From positions 10,044,001 to 10,108,000 of the forward strand of contig CM022666.1 in the NCBI GenBank assembly GCA_012295275.1: a DNA stretch of 64,000 nucleotides. The letters are read 5' to 3'. Below, one piece after another: positions 39,163 through 52,639 of the stretch. Both the position numbers and the translations under genes were made by a program. The notes below the pieces were generated by a model. That model was not told the origin of the DNA. It ran no database searches and saw nothing but the letters and a program-made list of their open reading frames with translations. Position 1 is the first letter of the stretch. Every line of letters starts with the position of its first letter. The DNA is from Chrysomallon squamiferum (lineage: Eukaryota; Animalia; Mollusca).

Positions 39163-42100
39163 TACATTTACAATTATGTGAGTAAGAATGTAAGTAACTA
39201 CTTAACTAATGTCATAAGTTAGCAAGGGAGCCAGTAAGTTAGTAAATAGTAACCTAAGTAACTACATTAACAATTATCTAACTAAGAAACAAAAGTAAGT
39301 AAGTAAGTAAATAGTGATCTAAGATGGCAAGGAAGCGAGCAACTAAGAGAAAATGCAAATTTGTACATTAACAATTATCTAAGTAAGAACGTAATTAAGT
39401 ACGTAAATAATGACCTAAGTAAGCAAGGATGCAAGTTACTAAGTTAGTGAGAATGCAAGTTAGTACGTTAACAATTATCTAAGTAAGAAATAAATTTAGT
39501 ACTTACGTAAATAGTGAGCTAAATAAGGAAGGAAACAAGTAACTAAGTAAGTGAGAATGCTAGTCATTACATTAACAATTATGTGAGTAAGAATGTGAGT
39601 AAGTGTTTAACTAGTGACCTAAGTTAGCGAGGAAGAGAATAAGTAAGTAAATAGTAACCTAAGTAAGTACATTAACAATTATCTAACTAAGAAATAAATT
39701 AAGTAAGTAAATAATGACCGAAGTAAGCAAGGATGCAAGTTTCTAAGTAAGTGAGAATGCAAGTAAGTACATTAACAATTATCTAAGTAATAAAAAAATT
39801 AAGTAATTAAGTAAATAGTGACCTAAGTAAGCAAGGAAGCAAGTAACTAAGTAAATCAGAATGGAAGTCAGTACATTTACAATTATGTGAGTAAGAATGT
39901 AAGTAACTACTTAACTAATGTCATAAGTTAGCAAGGGAGCCAGTAAGTTAGTAAATAGTAACCTAAGTAACTACATTAACAATGATCTAACTAAGAAACA
40001 AAGTAAGTAAGTAAGTACGTAAATAGTGATCTAAGATGGGAAGGAAGCGAGCAACTAAGAGAAAATGCAAATTTGTACATTAACAATTATCTAAGTAAGA
40101 ACGTAATTAAGTACGTAAATAATGACCTAAGTAAGCAAGGATGCAAGTTACTAAGTTAGTGAGAATGCAAGTTAGTACGTTAACAATTATCTAAGTAAGA
40201 AATAAATTTAGTACTTACGTAAATAGTGAGCTAAATAAGGAAGGAAACAAGTAACTAAGTAAGTGAGAATGCTAGTCATTACATTAACAATTATGTGAGT
40301 AAGAATGTGAGTAAGTGTTTAACTAGTGACCTAAGTTAGCGAGGAAGAGAATAAGTAAGTAAATAGTAACCTAAGTAAGTACATTAACAATTATCTAACT
40401 AAGAAATAAATTAAGTAAGTAAGTAAATAATGACATAAGTAAGCAAGTATGCAAGTTTCTAAGTAAGTGAGAATGCAAGTAAGTACATTAACAATTATCT
40501 AAGTAATAAAAAAATAAATAAATTAAGTAATTAAGTAAATAGTGACCTAAGTAAGCAAGGAAGCAAGTAACTAAGTAACTAAGTAAATCAGAATGGAAGT
40601 CAGTACATTTACAATTATGTGAGTAAGAATGTAAGTAACTACTTAACTAATGTCATAAGTTAGCAAGGGAGCCAGTAAGTTAGTAAATAGTAACCTAAGT
40701 AACTACATTAACAATGATCTAACTAAGAAACAAAGTAAGTAAGTACGTAAATAGTGATCTAAGATGGCAAGGAAGCGAGCAACTAAGAGAAAATGCAAAT
40801 TTGTACATTAACAATTATCTAAGTAAGAACGTAATTAAGTACGTAAATAATGACCTAAGTAAGCAAGGATGCAAGTTACTAAGTTAGTGAGAGTGCAAGT
40901 TAGTACGTTAACAATTATCTAAGTAAGAAATAAATTTAGTACTTACGTAAATAGTGAGCTAAATAAGGAAGGAAACAAGTAACTAAGTAAGTGAGAATGC
41001 TAGTCATTACATTAACAATTATGTGAGTAAGAATGTGAGTAAGTGTTTAACTAGTGACCTAAGTTAGCGAGGAAGAGAATAAGTAAGTAAATAGTAACCT
41101 AAGTAAGTACATTAACAATTATCTAACTAAGAAATAAATTAAGTAAGTAAGTAAATAATGACATAAGTAAGAAATAAGCTAAATAAAGCAAGTTTCTAAG
41201 TAAGTGAGAATGCAAGTAAAAGTAATAGTACATTAACAATTATCTAAGTAATAAAAAAATTAAGTAATTAAGTAAATAGTGACCTAAGTAAGCAAGGAAG
41301 CAAGTAACTAAGTAAATCAGAATGGAAGTCAGTACATTTACAATTATGTGAGTAAGAATGTAAGTAACTACTTAACTAATGTCATAAGTTAGCAAGGGAG
41401 CCAGTAAGTTAGTAAATAGTAACCTAAGTAACTACATTAACAATGATCTAACTAAGAAACAAAGTAAGTAAGTACGTAAATAGTGATCTAAGATGGCAAG
41501 GAAGCGAGCAACTAAGAGAAAATGCAAATTTGTACATTAACAATTATCTAAAGTAAGAACGTAATTAAGTACGTAAATAATGACCTAAGTAAGCAAAATG
41601 CAAGTTACTAACAATTATCTAAGTAAGAAATAATTAAATAAGTTAATGACCTAAGTAAGTAAGCAAGTTAAGTTAGTGAGTGCAAGTTAACAACAATTAT
41701 CTAAGTAAGAAATAAATTTAGTACTTACGTAAATAGTGAGCTAAATAAGGAAGGAAACAAGTAACTAAGTAAGTGAGAATGCTAGTCATTACATTAACAA
41801 TTATGTGAGTAAGAATGTGAGTAAGTGTTTAACTAGTGACCTAAGTTAGCGAGGAAGAGAATAAGTAAGTAAATAGTAACCTAAGTAAGTACATTAACAA
41901 TTATCTAACTAAGAAATAAATTAAGTACGTAAGTAAATAATGACCTAAGTAAGCAAGTATGCAAGTTTCTAAGTAAGTGAGAATGCAAGTAAGTACATTA
42001 ACAATTATCTAAGTAATAAATAAATTAAGTAATTACGTAAATAGTGACCTAAGTAAGCAAGGAAGCAAGTAACTAAGTAAATCAGAATGGAAGTCAGTAC

Positions 42101-44830
42101 ATTTACAATTATGTGAGTAAGAATGTAAGTAACTACTTAACTAATGTCATAAGTTAGCAAGGGAGCCAGTAAGTTAGTAAATAGTAACCTAAGTAACTAC
42201 ATTAACAATGATCTAACTAAGAAACAAAGTAAGTAAGTACGTAAATAGTGATCTAAGATGGCAAGGAAGCGAGCAACTAAGAGAAAATGCAAATTTGTAC
42301 ATTAACAATTATCTAAGTAAGAACGTAATTAAGTACGTAAATAATGACCTAAGTAAGCAAGGATGCAAGTTACTAAGTTAGTGAGAATGCAAGTTAGTAC
42401 GTTAACAATTATCTAAGTAAGAAATAAATTTAGTACTTACGTAAATAGTGAGCTAAATAAGGAAGGAAACAAGTAACTAAGTAAGTGAGAATGCTAGTCA
42501 TTACATTAACAATTATGTGAGTAAGAATGTGAGTAAGTGTTTAACTAGTGACCTAAGTTAGCGAGGAAGAGAATAAGTAAGTAAATAGTAACCTAAGTAA
42601 GTACATTAACAATTATCTAACTAAGAAACAAATTAAGTAAGTAAGTATATAATGACCTAAGTAAGCAAGTATGCAAGTTTCTAAGTAAGTGAGAATGCAA
42701 GTAAGTACATTAACAATTATCTAAGTAATAAATAAATTAAGTAATTAAGTAAATAGTGACCTAAGTAAGCAAGGAAGCAAGTAACTAAGTAAATCAGAAT
42801 GGAAGTCAGTACATTTACAATTATGTGAGTAAGAATGTAAGTAACTACTTAACTAATGTCATAAGTTAGCAAGGGAGCCAGTAAGTTAGTAAATAGTAAC
42901 CTAAGTAAGTACATTAACAATTATCTAACTAAGAAACAAAGTAAGTAAGTACGTAAATAGTGATCTAAGATGGCAAGGAAGCGAGCAACTAAGAGAAAAT
43001 GCAAATTTGTACATTAACAATTATCTAAGTAAGAACGTAATTAAGTACGTAAATAATGACCTAAGTAAGCAAGGATGCAAGTTACTAAGTTAGTGAGAAT
43101 GCAAGTTAGTACGTTAACAATTATCTAAGTAAAAATAAATTTAGTACTTACGTAAATAAATGGTGAGCTAAATAAGGAAGGAAACAAGTAACTAAGTAAG
43201 TGAGAATGCTAGTCATTACATTAACAATTATGTGAGTAAGAATGTGAGTAAGTGTTTAACTAGTGACCTAAGTTAGCGAGGAAGAGAATAAGTAAGTAAA
43301 TAGTAACCTAAGTAAGTACATTAACAATTATCTAACTAAGAAAATAAATTAAGTAAGTAAGTAAATAATGACCTAAGTAAGCAAATATGCAAGTTTCTAA
43401 GTAAGTGAGAATGCAAGTAAGTACATTAACAATTATCTAAGTAATAAATAAATTAAGTAATTAATTAAAAATAGTGACCTAAGTAAGCAAGGGAAGCAAG
43501 TAACTAAGTAAATCAGAATGGAAGTCAGTACATTTACAATTATGTGAGTAAGAATGTAAGTAACTACTTAACTAATGTCATAAGTTAGCAAGGGAGCCAG
43601 TAAGTTAGTAAATAGTAACCTAAGTAACTACATTAACAATGATCTAACTAAGAAACAAAGTAAGTAAGTACGTAAATAGTGATCTAAGATGGCAAGGAAG
43701 CGAGCAACTAAGAGAAAATGCAAATTTGTACATTAACAATTATCTAAGTAAGAACGTAATTAAGTACGTAAATAATGACCTAAGTAAGCAAGGATGCAAG
43801 TTACTAAGTTAGTGAGAATGCAAGTTAGTACGTTAACAATTATCTAAGTAAGAAATAAATTTAGTACTTACGTAAATAGTGAGCTAAATAAGGAAGGAAA
43901 CAAGTAACTAAGTAAGTGAGAATGCTAGTCATTACATTAACAATTATGTGAGTAAGAATGTGAGTAAGTGTTTAACTAGTGACCTAAGTTAGCGAGGAAG
44001 AGAATAAGTAAGTAAATAGTAACCTAAGTAAGTACATTAACAATTATCTAACTAAGAAATAAATTAAGTAAGTAAGTAAATAATGACATAAGTAAGCAAG
44101 TATGCAAGTTTCTAAGTAAGTGAGAATGCAAGTAAGTACATTAACAATTATCTAAGTAATAAATAAATTAAGTAATTAAGTAAATAGTGACCTAAGTAAG
44201 CAAGGAAGCAAGTAACTAAGTAAATCAGAATGGAAGTCAGTACATTTACAATTATGTGAGTAAGAATGTAAGTAACTACTTAACTAATGTCATAAGTTAG
44301 CAAGGGAGCCAGTAAGTTAGTAAATAGTAACCTAAGTAACTACATTAACAATGATCTAACTAAGAAACAAAGTAAGTAAGTACGTAAATAATGATCTAAG
44401 ATGGCAAGGAAGCGAGCAACTAAGAGAAAATGCAAATTTGTACATTAACAATTATCTAAGTAAGAACGTAATTAAGTACGTAAATAATGACCTAAGTAAG
44501 CAAGGATGCAAGTTACTAAGTTAGTGAGAATGCAAGTTAGTACGTTAACAATTATCTAAGTAAGAAATAAATTTAGTACTTACGTAAATAGTGAGCTAAA
44601 TAAGGAAGGAAACAAGTAACTAAGTAAGTGAGAATGCTAGTCATTACATTAACAATTATGTGAGTAAGAATGTGAGTAAGTGTTTAACTAGTGACCTAAG
44701 TTAGCGAGGAAGAGAATAAGTAAGTAAATAGTAACCTAAGTAAGTACATTAACAATTATCTAACTAAGAAATAAATTAAGTACGTAAGTAAATAATGACA
44801 TAAGTAAGCAAGCTAGGATGCAAGTTTCTA

Positions 44831-45030
44831 NNNNNNNNNNNNNNNNNNNNNNNNNNNNNNNNNNNNNNNNNNNNNNNNNNNNNNNNNNNNNNNNNNNNNN
44901 NNNNNNNNNNNNNNNNNNNNNNNNNNNNNNNNNNNNNNNNNNNNNNNNNNNNNNNNNNNNNNNNNNNNNNNNNNNNNNNNNNNNNNNNNNNNNNNNNNNN
45001 NNNNNNNNNNNNNNNNNNNNNNNNNNNNNN
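44831..45030. other. Assembly gap, 200 N
   Basis: Exactly 200 consecutive N. Confidence 0.99.
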
Positions 45031-48000
45031 ACTATTTACTAACTTAGTCGCTTACTTGCTAACCTAGCACATTAATTAAGTAGTTACTTACATTCTTAGT
45101 CACATAATTGTAAATGTACTGACTTGCATTCTCTCTTAGTTAGGTACTTGCTTCCTTGCTTACTTAGGTCATTATTTACGTAATTACTTAATTTATTTAT
45201 TACTTAGATAATTGTTAATGTACTTACTTCCATTCTCACTTCCTTAGAAACTTGCATCCTTGCTTACTTAGGTCATTATTTACTTACTTACTTAATTAAT
45301 TTATTTGTTATTTAGATAATTGGTAATGTACTTACTTAGGTTACTATTTACTTACTTATTCTCTTCCTTGCTAACTTAGGTCATTAGCTAAGTACTTACT
45401 TACATTCTTACTCACATAATTGTTAATGTACTGACTTGCATTCTCACTTTCTTAGTTACTTGTTTCCTTGCTTACTTAGGTCATTATTTAGGTAAGTACT
45501 AAATTTATTTCTTACTTAGATAATTGTTAACGTACTTACTTGCATTCTCACTAACTAAGTAAGCTGCATTCTTGCTTACTTTGGTCATTATTTACGTACT
45601 TACTTACGTTGTTACTGAGATAATTGTTAATGTACAAATTTGCATTTTCACTTAGTTGCTCGCTTCCTTCCCAACTTAGATCATTATTTACGTACTTACT
45701 TACTTTCTTTCTTAGTTAGATAATTGTTATTGTATTTACTTAGGTTACTATTTACTAACTTAGTCGCTTACTTGCTAACCTAGCACATTAATTAAGTAGT
45801 TACTTACATTCTTAGTCACATAATTGTAAATGTACTGACTTGCATTCTCTCTTACTTAGGTACTTGCTTCCTTGCTTACTTAGGTCATTATTTACGTAAT
45901 TACTTAATTTATTTATTACTTAGATAATTGTTAATGTACTTACTTGCATTCTCACTTACTTAGAAACTTGCATCCTTGCTTACTTAGGTCATTATTTACT
46001 TACTTACTTAATTTATTTCTTATTTAGATAATTGTTAATGTACTTACTTAGGTTACTATTTACTTACTTATTCTCTTCCTTGCTAACTTAGGTCATTAGC
46101 TAAATACTTACTTACATTCTTACTCACATAATTGTTAATGTACTGACTTGCATTCTCACTTTCTTAGTTACTTGTTTCCTTCCTTGCTTACTTAGGTCAT
46201 TATTTAGGTAAGTACTAAATTTATTTCTTTACTTAGATAATTGTTAACGTACTTACTTATTCTCACTAACTAACTAATTTGCATCCTTGCTTGCTTACTT
46301 TTCATTATTTTACTAGGTTACGTTGTTATTGAGATAATTGTTAATGTACAAATTTGCATTTTCACTTACTTATTCCTTACATTCAACTTAGGATTATTTT
46401 ACATTTTTTTATTTTTTCTTAGTTAGATAATTGTTATTGTATTTACTTAGGTTAATTTACTGACTTTGCATTCCTAACCTAGCACATTAATTTAGTTACA
46501 TACATTCTTACTTAATTGTTAAATGCACTGACTTGCATTCTGACTTTTAGGTTATTTGCTTCCTTTTACTTAGGTCATTATTTATTTAATTATTTAATTT
46601 ATTTATTTACTTAGATAATTGTTAATGTAATTTTACTTGCATTCTCATTTCCTTACTTGAAACTTCCATCCTTGCTTCCTTGCTTACCAACTTAGGTCAT
46701 TTTACTTTTATTTAATTTAATTTATTTGTTATTTAGATAATTGGTAATGTACTTACTTAGGTTAGGTTATTTATTTACTTACTTATTCTCTTCCTTGCTA
46801 ACTTAGGTCATTAGTTAAGTAATTACTTACTTACATTCTTATTCACATAATTGTTAATTGTTAATGTACTGACTTGCATTCTCACTTACTTAGTTACTTG
46901 TTTCCTTCCTTATTTAGCTCACTATTTACGTAAGTACTAAATTTATTTCTTACTTAGATAATTGTTAACGTACTTACTTGCATTCTCACTAACTTAGTAA
47001 CTTGCATCCTTGCTTACTTAGGTCATTATTTACGTACTTAATTACGTTCTTACTTAGATAATTGTTAATGTACAAATTTGCATTTTCTCTTAGTTGCTCG
47101 CTTCCTTCCCAACTTAGATCATTATTTACGTACTTACTTACTTTCTTTCTTAGTTAGATAATTGTTATTGTATTTACTTAGGTTACTATTTACTAACTTA
47201 GTCGCTTACTTGCTAACCTAGCACATTAATTAAGTAGTTACTTACATTCTTAGTCACATAATTGTAAATGTACTGACTTGCATTCTCTCTTAGTTAGGTA
47301 CTTGCTTCCTTGCTTACTTAGGTCATTATTTACGTAATTACTTAATTTATTTATTACTTAGATAATTGTTAATGTACTTACTTGCATTCTCACTTACTTA
47401 GAAACTTGCATCCTTGCTTACTTAGGTCATTATTTTATTATTTATTTTACTTACTTAATTTATTTGTTATTTAGATAATTGGAAATGTACTTACTTAGGT
47501 TACTATTTACTTACTTATTCTCTTCCTTGCTAACTTAGGTCATTAGCTAAGTACTTACTTACATTCTTACTCACATAATTGTTAATGTACTGACTTGCAT
47601 TCTCACTTTCTTAGTTACTTGTTTCCTTGCTTACTTAGGTCATTATTTAGGTAAGTACTAAATTTATTTCTTACTTAGATAATTGTTAACGTACTTACTT
47701 GCATTCTCACACTGACTTACTAACTTGCATCCTTGCTTTACTACTTAGGTCATTATTTACGTACTTTAATTACGTTGTTATTTATTGAGATAATTGTTAA
47801 TGTACAAATTTGCATTTTACCTTAGTTCCCTGCTTTCCTTCCCAACTTAGATCATTATTTACGTACTTACTTACTTTCTTTCTTAGTTAGATAATTGTTA
47901 ATGTATTTACTTAGGTTACTATTTACTAACTTACTCGCTTACTTGCTAACCTAGGACATTAGTTAAGTACTTACTTACATTCTTACTCACATAATTGTAA

Positions 48001-51000
48001 ATGTACTGACTTGCATTCTCTCTTACTTAGGTACTTTTCCTTCCTCCTTACTTTTAGGCCTTTTTTACTTAGGTCATTATTTTTAATAATTTTAATTTAC
48101 GTAATTACTTAATTTATTTATTACTTAGATAATTGTTAATGTACTTACTTCCATTCTCACTTCCTTAGAAAGTTGCATCCTTGCTTACTTAGGTCATTAT
48201 TTACTTACTTACTTAATTTATTTGTTATTTAGATAATTGGTAATGTACTTACTTAGGTTACTATTTACTTACTTATTCTCTTCCTTGCTAACTTAGGTCA
48301 TTAGCTAAGTACGTACTTACTTACATTCTTACTCACATAATTGTTAATGTACTGACTTGCATTCTCACTTTCTTAGTTACTTGTTTCCTTGCTTACTTAG
48401 GTCATTATTTAGGTAAGTACTAAATTTATTTCTTACTTAGATAATTGTTAACGTACTTACTTGCATTCTCACTGACTTACTAACTTGCATCCTTGCTTAC
48501 TTAGGTCATTATTTACGTACTTAATTACGTTCTTACTTAGATAATTGTTAATGTACAAATTTGCATTTTACCTTAGTTCCTCGCTTCCTTACCAACTTAG
48601 ATCATTATTTATTTACTTACTTACTTACTTTCTTTCTTAGTTAGATAATTGTTAATGTATTTACTTAGGGTTATTTATTTACTTACTTACTCTGCTTACT
48701 TGCTAACCTAGGACACATTACTTTACTTACATTACATTCACACATTACTTACATCACATAATTGTCTTTGCTTACTTGACTTGCATTTCTGTTCTTACTT
48801 ACTTTTATTTTTATTTCCTTCCTTGGTTTACTTAGGTCATTATTTACGTAATTACTTTAATTTATTTATTACTTAGATAATTGTTAATGTACTTACTTGC
48901 ATTCTCACTTACTTAGAAACTTGCATCATTGCTTACTTAGGTCATTATTTACTTACTTTACTTATTTTTATTTGTTATTTAGATAATTGGTAAATGTACT
49001 TTACTTAGGTTACAATTATTTACTTACTTATTCTCTTCCTTGCTAACTTAGGTCATTAGTTAAGTACTTACTTACATTTTCTTACTCACATAATTGTTAA
49101 TGTACTGACTTATTTCACACTTACTTAGTTACTTGTTTTCCTTGCTTTACTTAGGTCATTATTTAGGTAAGTACTAAATTTATTTCTTACTTAGATAATT
49201 GTTAACGTACTTATTTTTGCATTTCTCACTGACTTACTAACTTGCATCCTTGCTTTACTTAGGTATTATTTATTTACTTAATTACGTGTTCTTACTTAGA
49301 TAATTGTTAATGTACAAATTTGCATTTTACCTTAGTTCCTCGCTTCCTACCCAACTTAGATCATTATTTATTTAATTTACTTACTTTACTTTCTTTCTTA
49401 GTTAGATAATTGTTAATGTTATGTAATTTATTTTAGGTTACTATTTACTAACTTACTTACTTACTTATTTGCTAACCTAGGACATTAGTTAACTTACTTA
49501 CTTACATTCTTACTCACATAATTGTAAATGTACTGACTTGCATTCTCTCTTACTTAGGTACTTGCTTCCTTGGTTACTTAGGTCATTATTTACGTAATTA
49601 CTTAATTTATTTATTACTTAGATAATTGTTAATGTACTTACTTGCATTCTCACTTACTTTGAAACTTGCATCCTTGCTTAGTTAGGTCATTATTTACTTA
49701 CTTACTTAATTTATTTGTTATTTAGATAATTGGTAATGTACTTACTTAGGTTTAGGTTACTATTTATTTACTTTACTTATTCTCTTCCTTGCTAACTTAG
49801 GTCATTAGTTAAGTACTTACTTTACTTACATTCATTTACTCACATAATTGTTAATGTACTGACTTGCATTCTCATTCTGACTTTACTTAGTTACTTGTTT
49901 CCTTGCTTACTTAGGTCATTATTTAGGTAAGTACTAAATTTATTTCTTACTTAGATAATTGTTAACGTACTTACTTGCATTCTCACAGACTTACTAACTT
50001 GCATCCTTGCTTACTTAGGTCATTATTTACGTACTTAATTACGTTCTTACTTAGATAATTGTTAATGTACAAATTTGCATTTTACCTTAGTTTTAGTTTA
50101 GTTCCTCGCTTCCCTACCAACTTAGATCATTATTTTTTACTTACTTACTTTCTTTCTTAGTTAGATAATTGTTAATGTACTTACTTAGGTTACTATTTAC
50201 TAACTTACTCGCTTACTTGCTAACCTAGGACATTAGTTAAATACTTACTTACATTCTTACTCACATAATTGTAAATGTACTGACTTGCATTCTCTCTTAC
50301 TTAGGTACTTGCTTCCTTGGTTACTTAGGTCATTATTTACGTAATTACTTAATTTATTTATTACTTAGATAATTGTTAATGTACTTACTTGCATTCTCAC
50401 TTACTTAGAAACTTGCATCATTGAAACTTAGGTCATTATTTCATTATTTTTTTTTTACTTTAATTATTTTATTTAGATTTAGATAATTGGTAATGTACTT
50501 ATTTAGGTTTAGGTTATTTTTATTTACTTACTTTCTCTTCTTCCTAACTTAGGTCATTATTAGTTACTTACTTACATATATATTTTTACTGACTTTTAAT
50601 TTACTCACATAATTTAAAGGTAATTTACTTACTTGCATAATTTACTTACTTACTTATTTTTTACTTATTTATTTTATTTATTTTTACTTACTTTTACTTT
50701 AGGTTATTTATTTAATTATTTAATTTATTTATTACTTAGATAATTGTTAATGTACTTTACTTGCATTTCACTTACTTGAAACTTGCATCCTTGCTTACTT
50801 TAGTTCATTATTTTTTTACTTACTTAATTTATTTGTTATTTAGATAATTGGTAATGTACTTACTTAGGTTACTATTTACTTACTTATTCTCTTCCTTGCT
50901 AACTTAGGTCATTAGTTAAGTACTTACTTACATTGTTACTCACATAATTGTTAATGTACTGACTTCTATTCTCACTTACTTAGTTACTTGTTTCCTTGCT

Positions 51001-52331
51001 TACTTAGGTCATTATTTAGGTAAGTACTAAATTTATTTCTTACTTAGATAATTGTTAACGTACTTACTTGCATTCTCGCTGACTTACTAACTTGCATCCT
51101 TGCTTACTTAGGTGATTATTTACGTACTTAATTACGTTCTTACTTACATAATTGTTAATGTACAAATTTGCATTTTACCTTAGTTCCTCGCTTCCTTACC
51201 AACTTAGATCATTATTTACGTACTTACTTACTTTCTTTCTTAGTTAGATAATTGTTAATGTACTTACTTAGGTTACTATTTACTAACTTACTCGCTTACT
51301 TGCTAACCTAGGACATTAGTTAAATACTTACTTACATTCTTACTCACATAATTGTAAATGTACTGACTTGCATTCTCTCTTACTTAGGTACTTGCTTCCT
51401 TGGTTACTTAGGTCATTATTTACGTAATTACTTAATTTATTTATTACTTAGATAATTGTTAATGTACTTACTTGCATTCTCACTTACTTAGAAACTTGCA
51501 TCATGGCTTCCTTAGGTCATTATTTACTTACTTACTTAATTTATTTGTTATTTAGATAATTGGTAATGTACTTACTTAGGTTACTATTTACTTACTTATT
51601 CTCTTCCTTGCTAACTTAGGTCATTAGTTAAGTACTTACTTACATTCTTACTCACATAATTGTTAATGTACTGACTTGCATTCTGACTTACTTAGTTACT
51701 TGTTTCCTTGCTTACTTAGGTCATTATTTAGGTAAGTACTAAATTTATTTCTTACTTAGATAATTGTTAACGTAATTACTTGCATTCTCACAGACTTACT
51801 AACTTGCATCCTTGCTTACTTAGGTCATTATTTACGTACTTAATTACGTTCTTACTTACATAATTGTTAATGTACAAATTTGCATTTTACCTTAGTTCCT
51901 CGCTTCCTTACCAACTTAGATCATTATTTACGTACTTACTTACTTTCTTTCTTAGTTAGATAATTGTTAATGTACTTACTTAGGTTACTATTTACTAACT
52001 TACTCGCTTACTTGCTAACCTAGGACATTAGATAAATACTTACTTACATTCTTACTCACATAATTGTAAATGTACTGACTTGCATTCTCTCTTACTTAGG
52101 TACTTGCTTCCTTGGTTACTTAGGTCATTATTTACGTAATTATTAAATTTATTTTTTAGATAATTGTAATTACTTTAATTTATTTATTACTTAGATAATT
52201 GTTAATACTTACTTACTTGCATTTAATGTACTTTGCATTCTCACTTACTTAGAAACTTGCATCATTGCTTACTTAGGTCATTATTTACTTACTTACTTAA
52301 TTTATTTGTTATTTAGATAATTGGTAATGTA

Positions 52332-52639
52332 CTTACTTAGGTTACAATTTACTTACTTATTCTCTTCCTTGCTAACTTAGGTCATTAGTTAAGTACTTAG
52401 ATACATTCTTACTCACATAATTGTAAAGGTACTGACTTGCATTCTGACTTACTTAGTTACTTGCTTCCTTGCTTACTTAGGTCATTATTTACGTAATTAC
52501 TTAATTTATTTATTACTTAGATAATTGTTAATGTACTTACTTGCATTCTCACTTACTTTGAAACTTGCATCATTGCTTAGTTAGGTCATTATTTACTTAC
52601 TTACTTAATTTATTTGTTATTTAGATAATTGGTAATGTA
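52332..52639 (-). repeat. Extra 308-bp trimer converting a 7-mer HOR into a 10-mer
   Basis: Three monomers of 100+104+104 bp are inserted between monomers F and E, marked by GGTTACAATTT, TAGATACATTC and TTGTAAAGGTA. Confidence 0.85.

Larger units (their letters stand above)
10170..44830 (+). repeat. AT-rich satellite array: 712-bp HOR of seven 100/104-bp monomers, ~46 copies, A/G-rich strand on +
   Basis: The landmark AATGGAAGTCAG lies at 10201/10913 and 38439/39151 (712-bp spacing), and about 46 landmarks were counted by eye. The internal motif TAC(A/G)TT(A/T)ACAAT occurs seven times per unit. Confidence 0.98.

Noticed and set aside
10170-44830. CRISPR array (regularly spaced TACATTAACAATTATCTAA)
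   Set aside because: The intervening sequences are homologous to each other and recur every seven units rather than being unique spacers, and there are no cas genes.
44818-45042. 74-aa ORF
   Set aside because: Almost entirely N gap.
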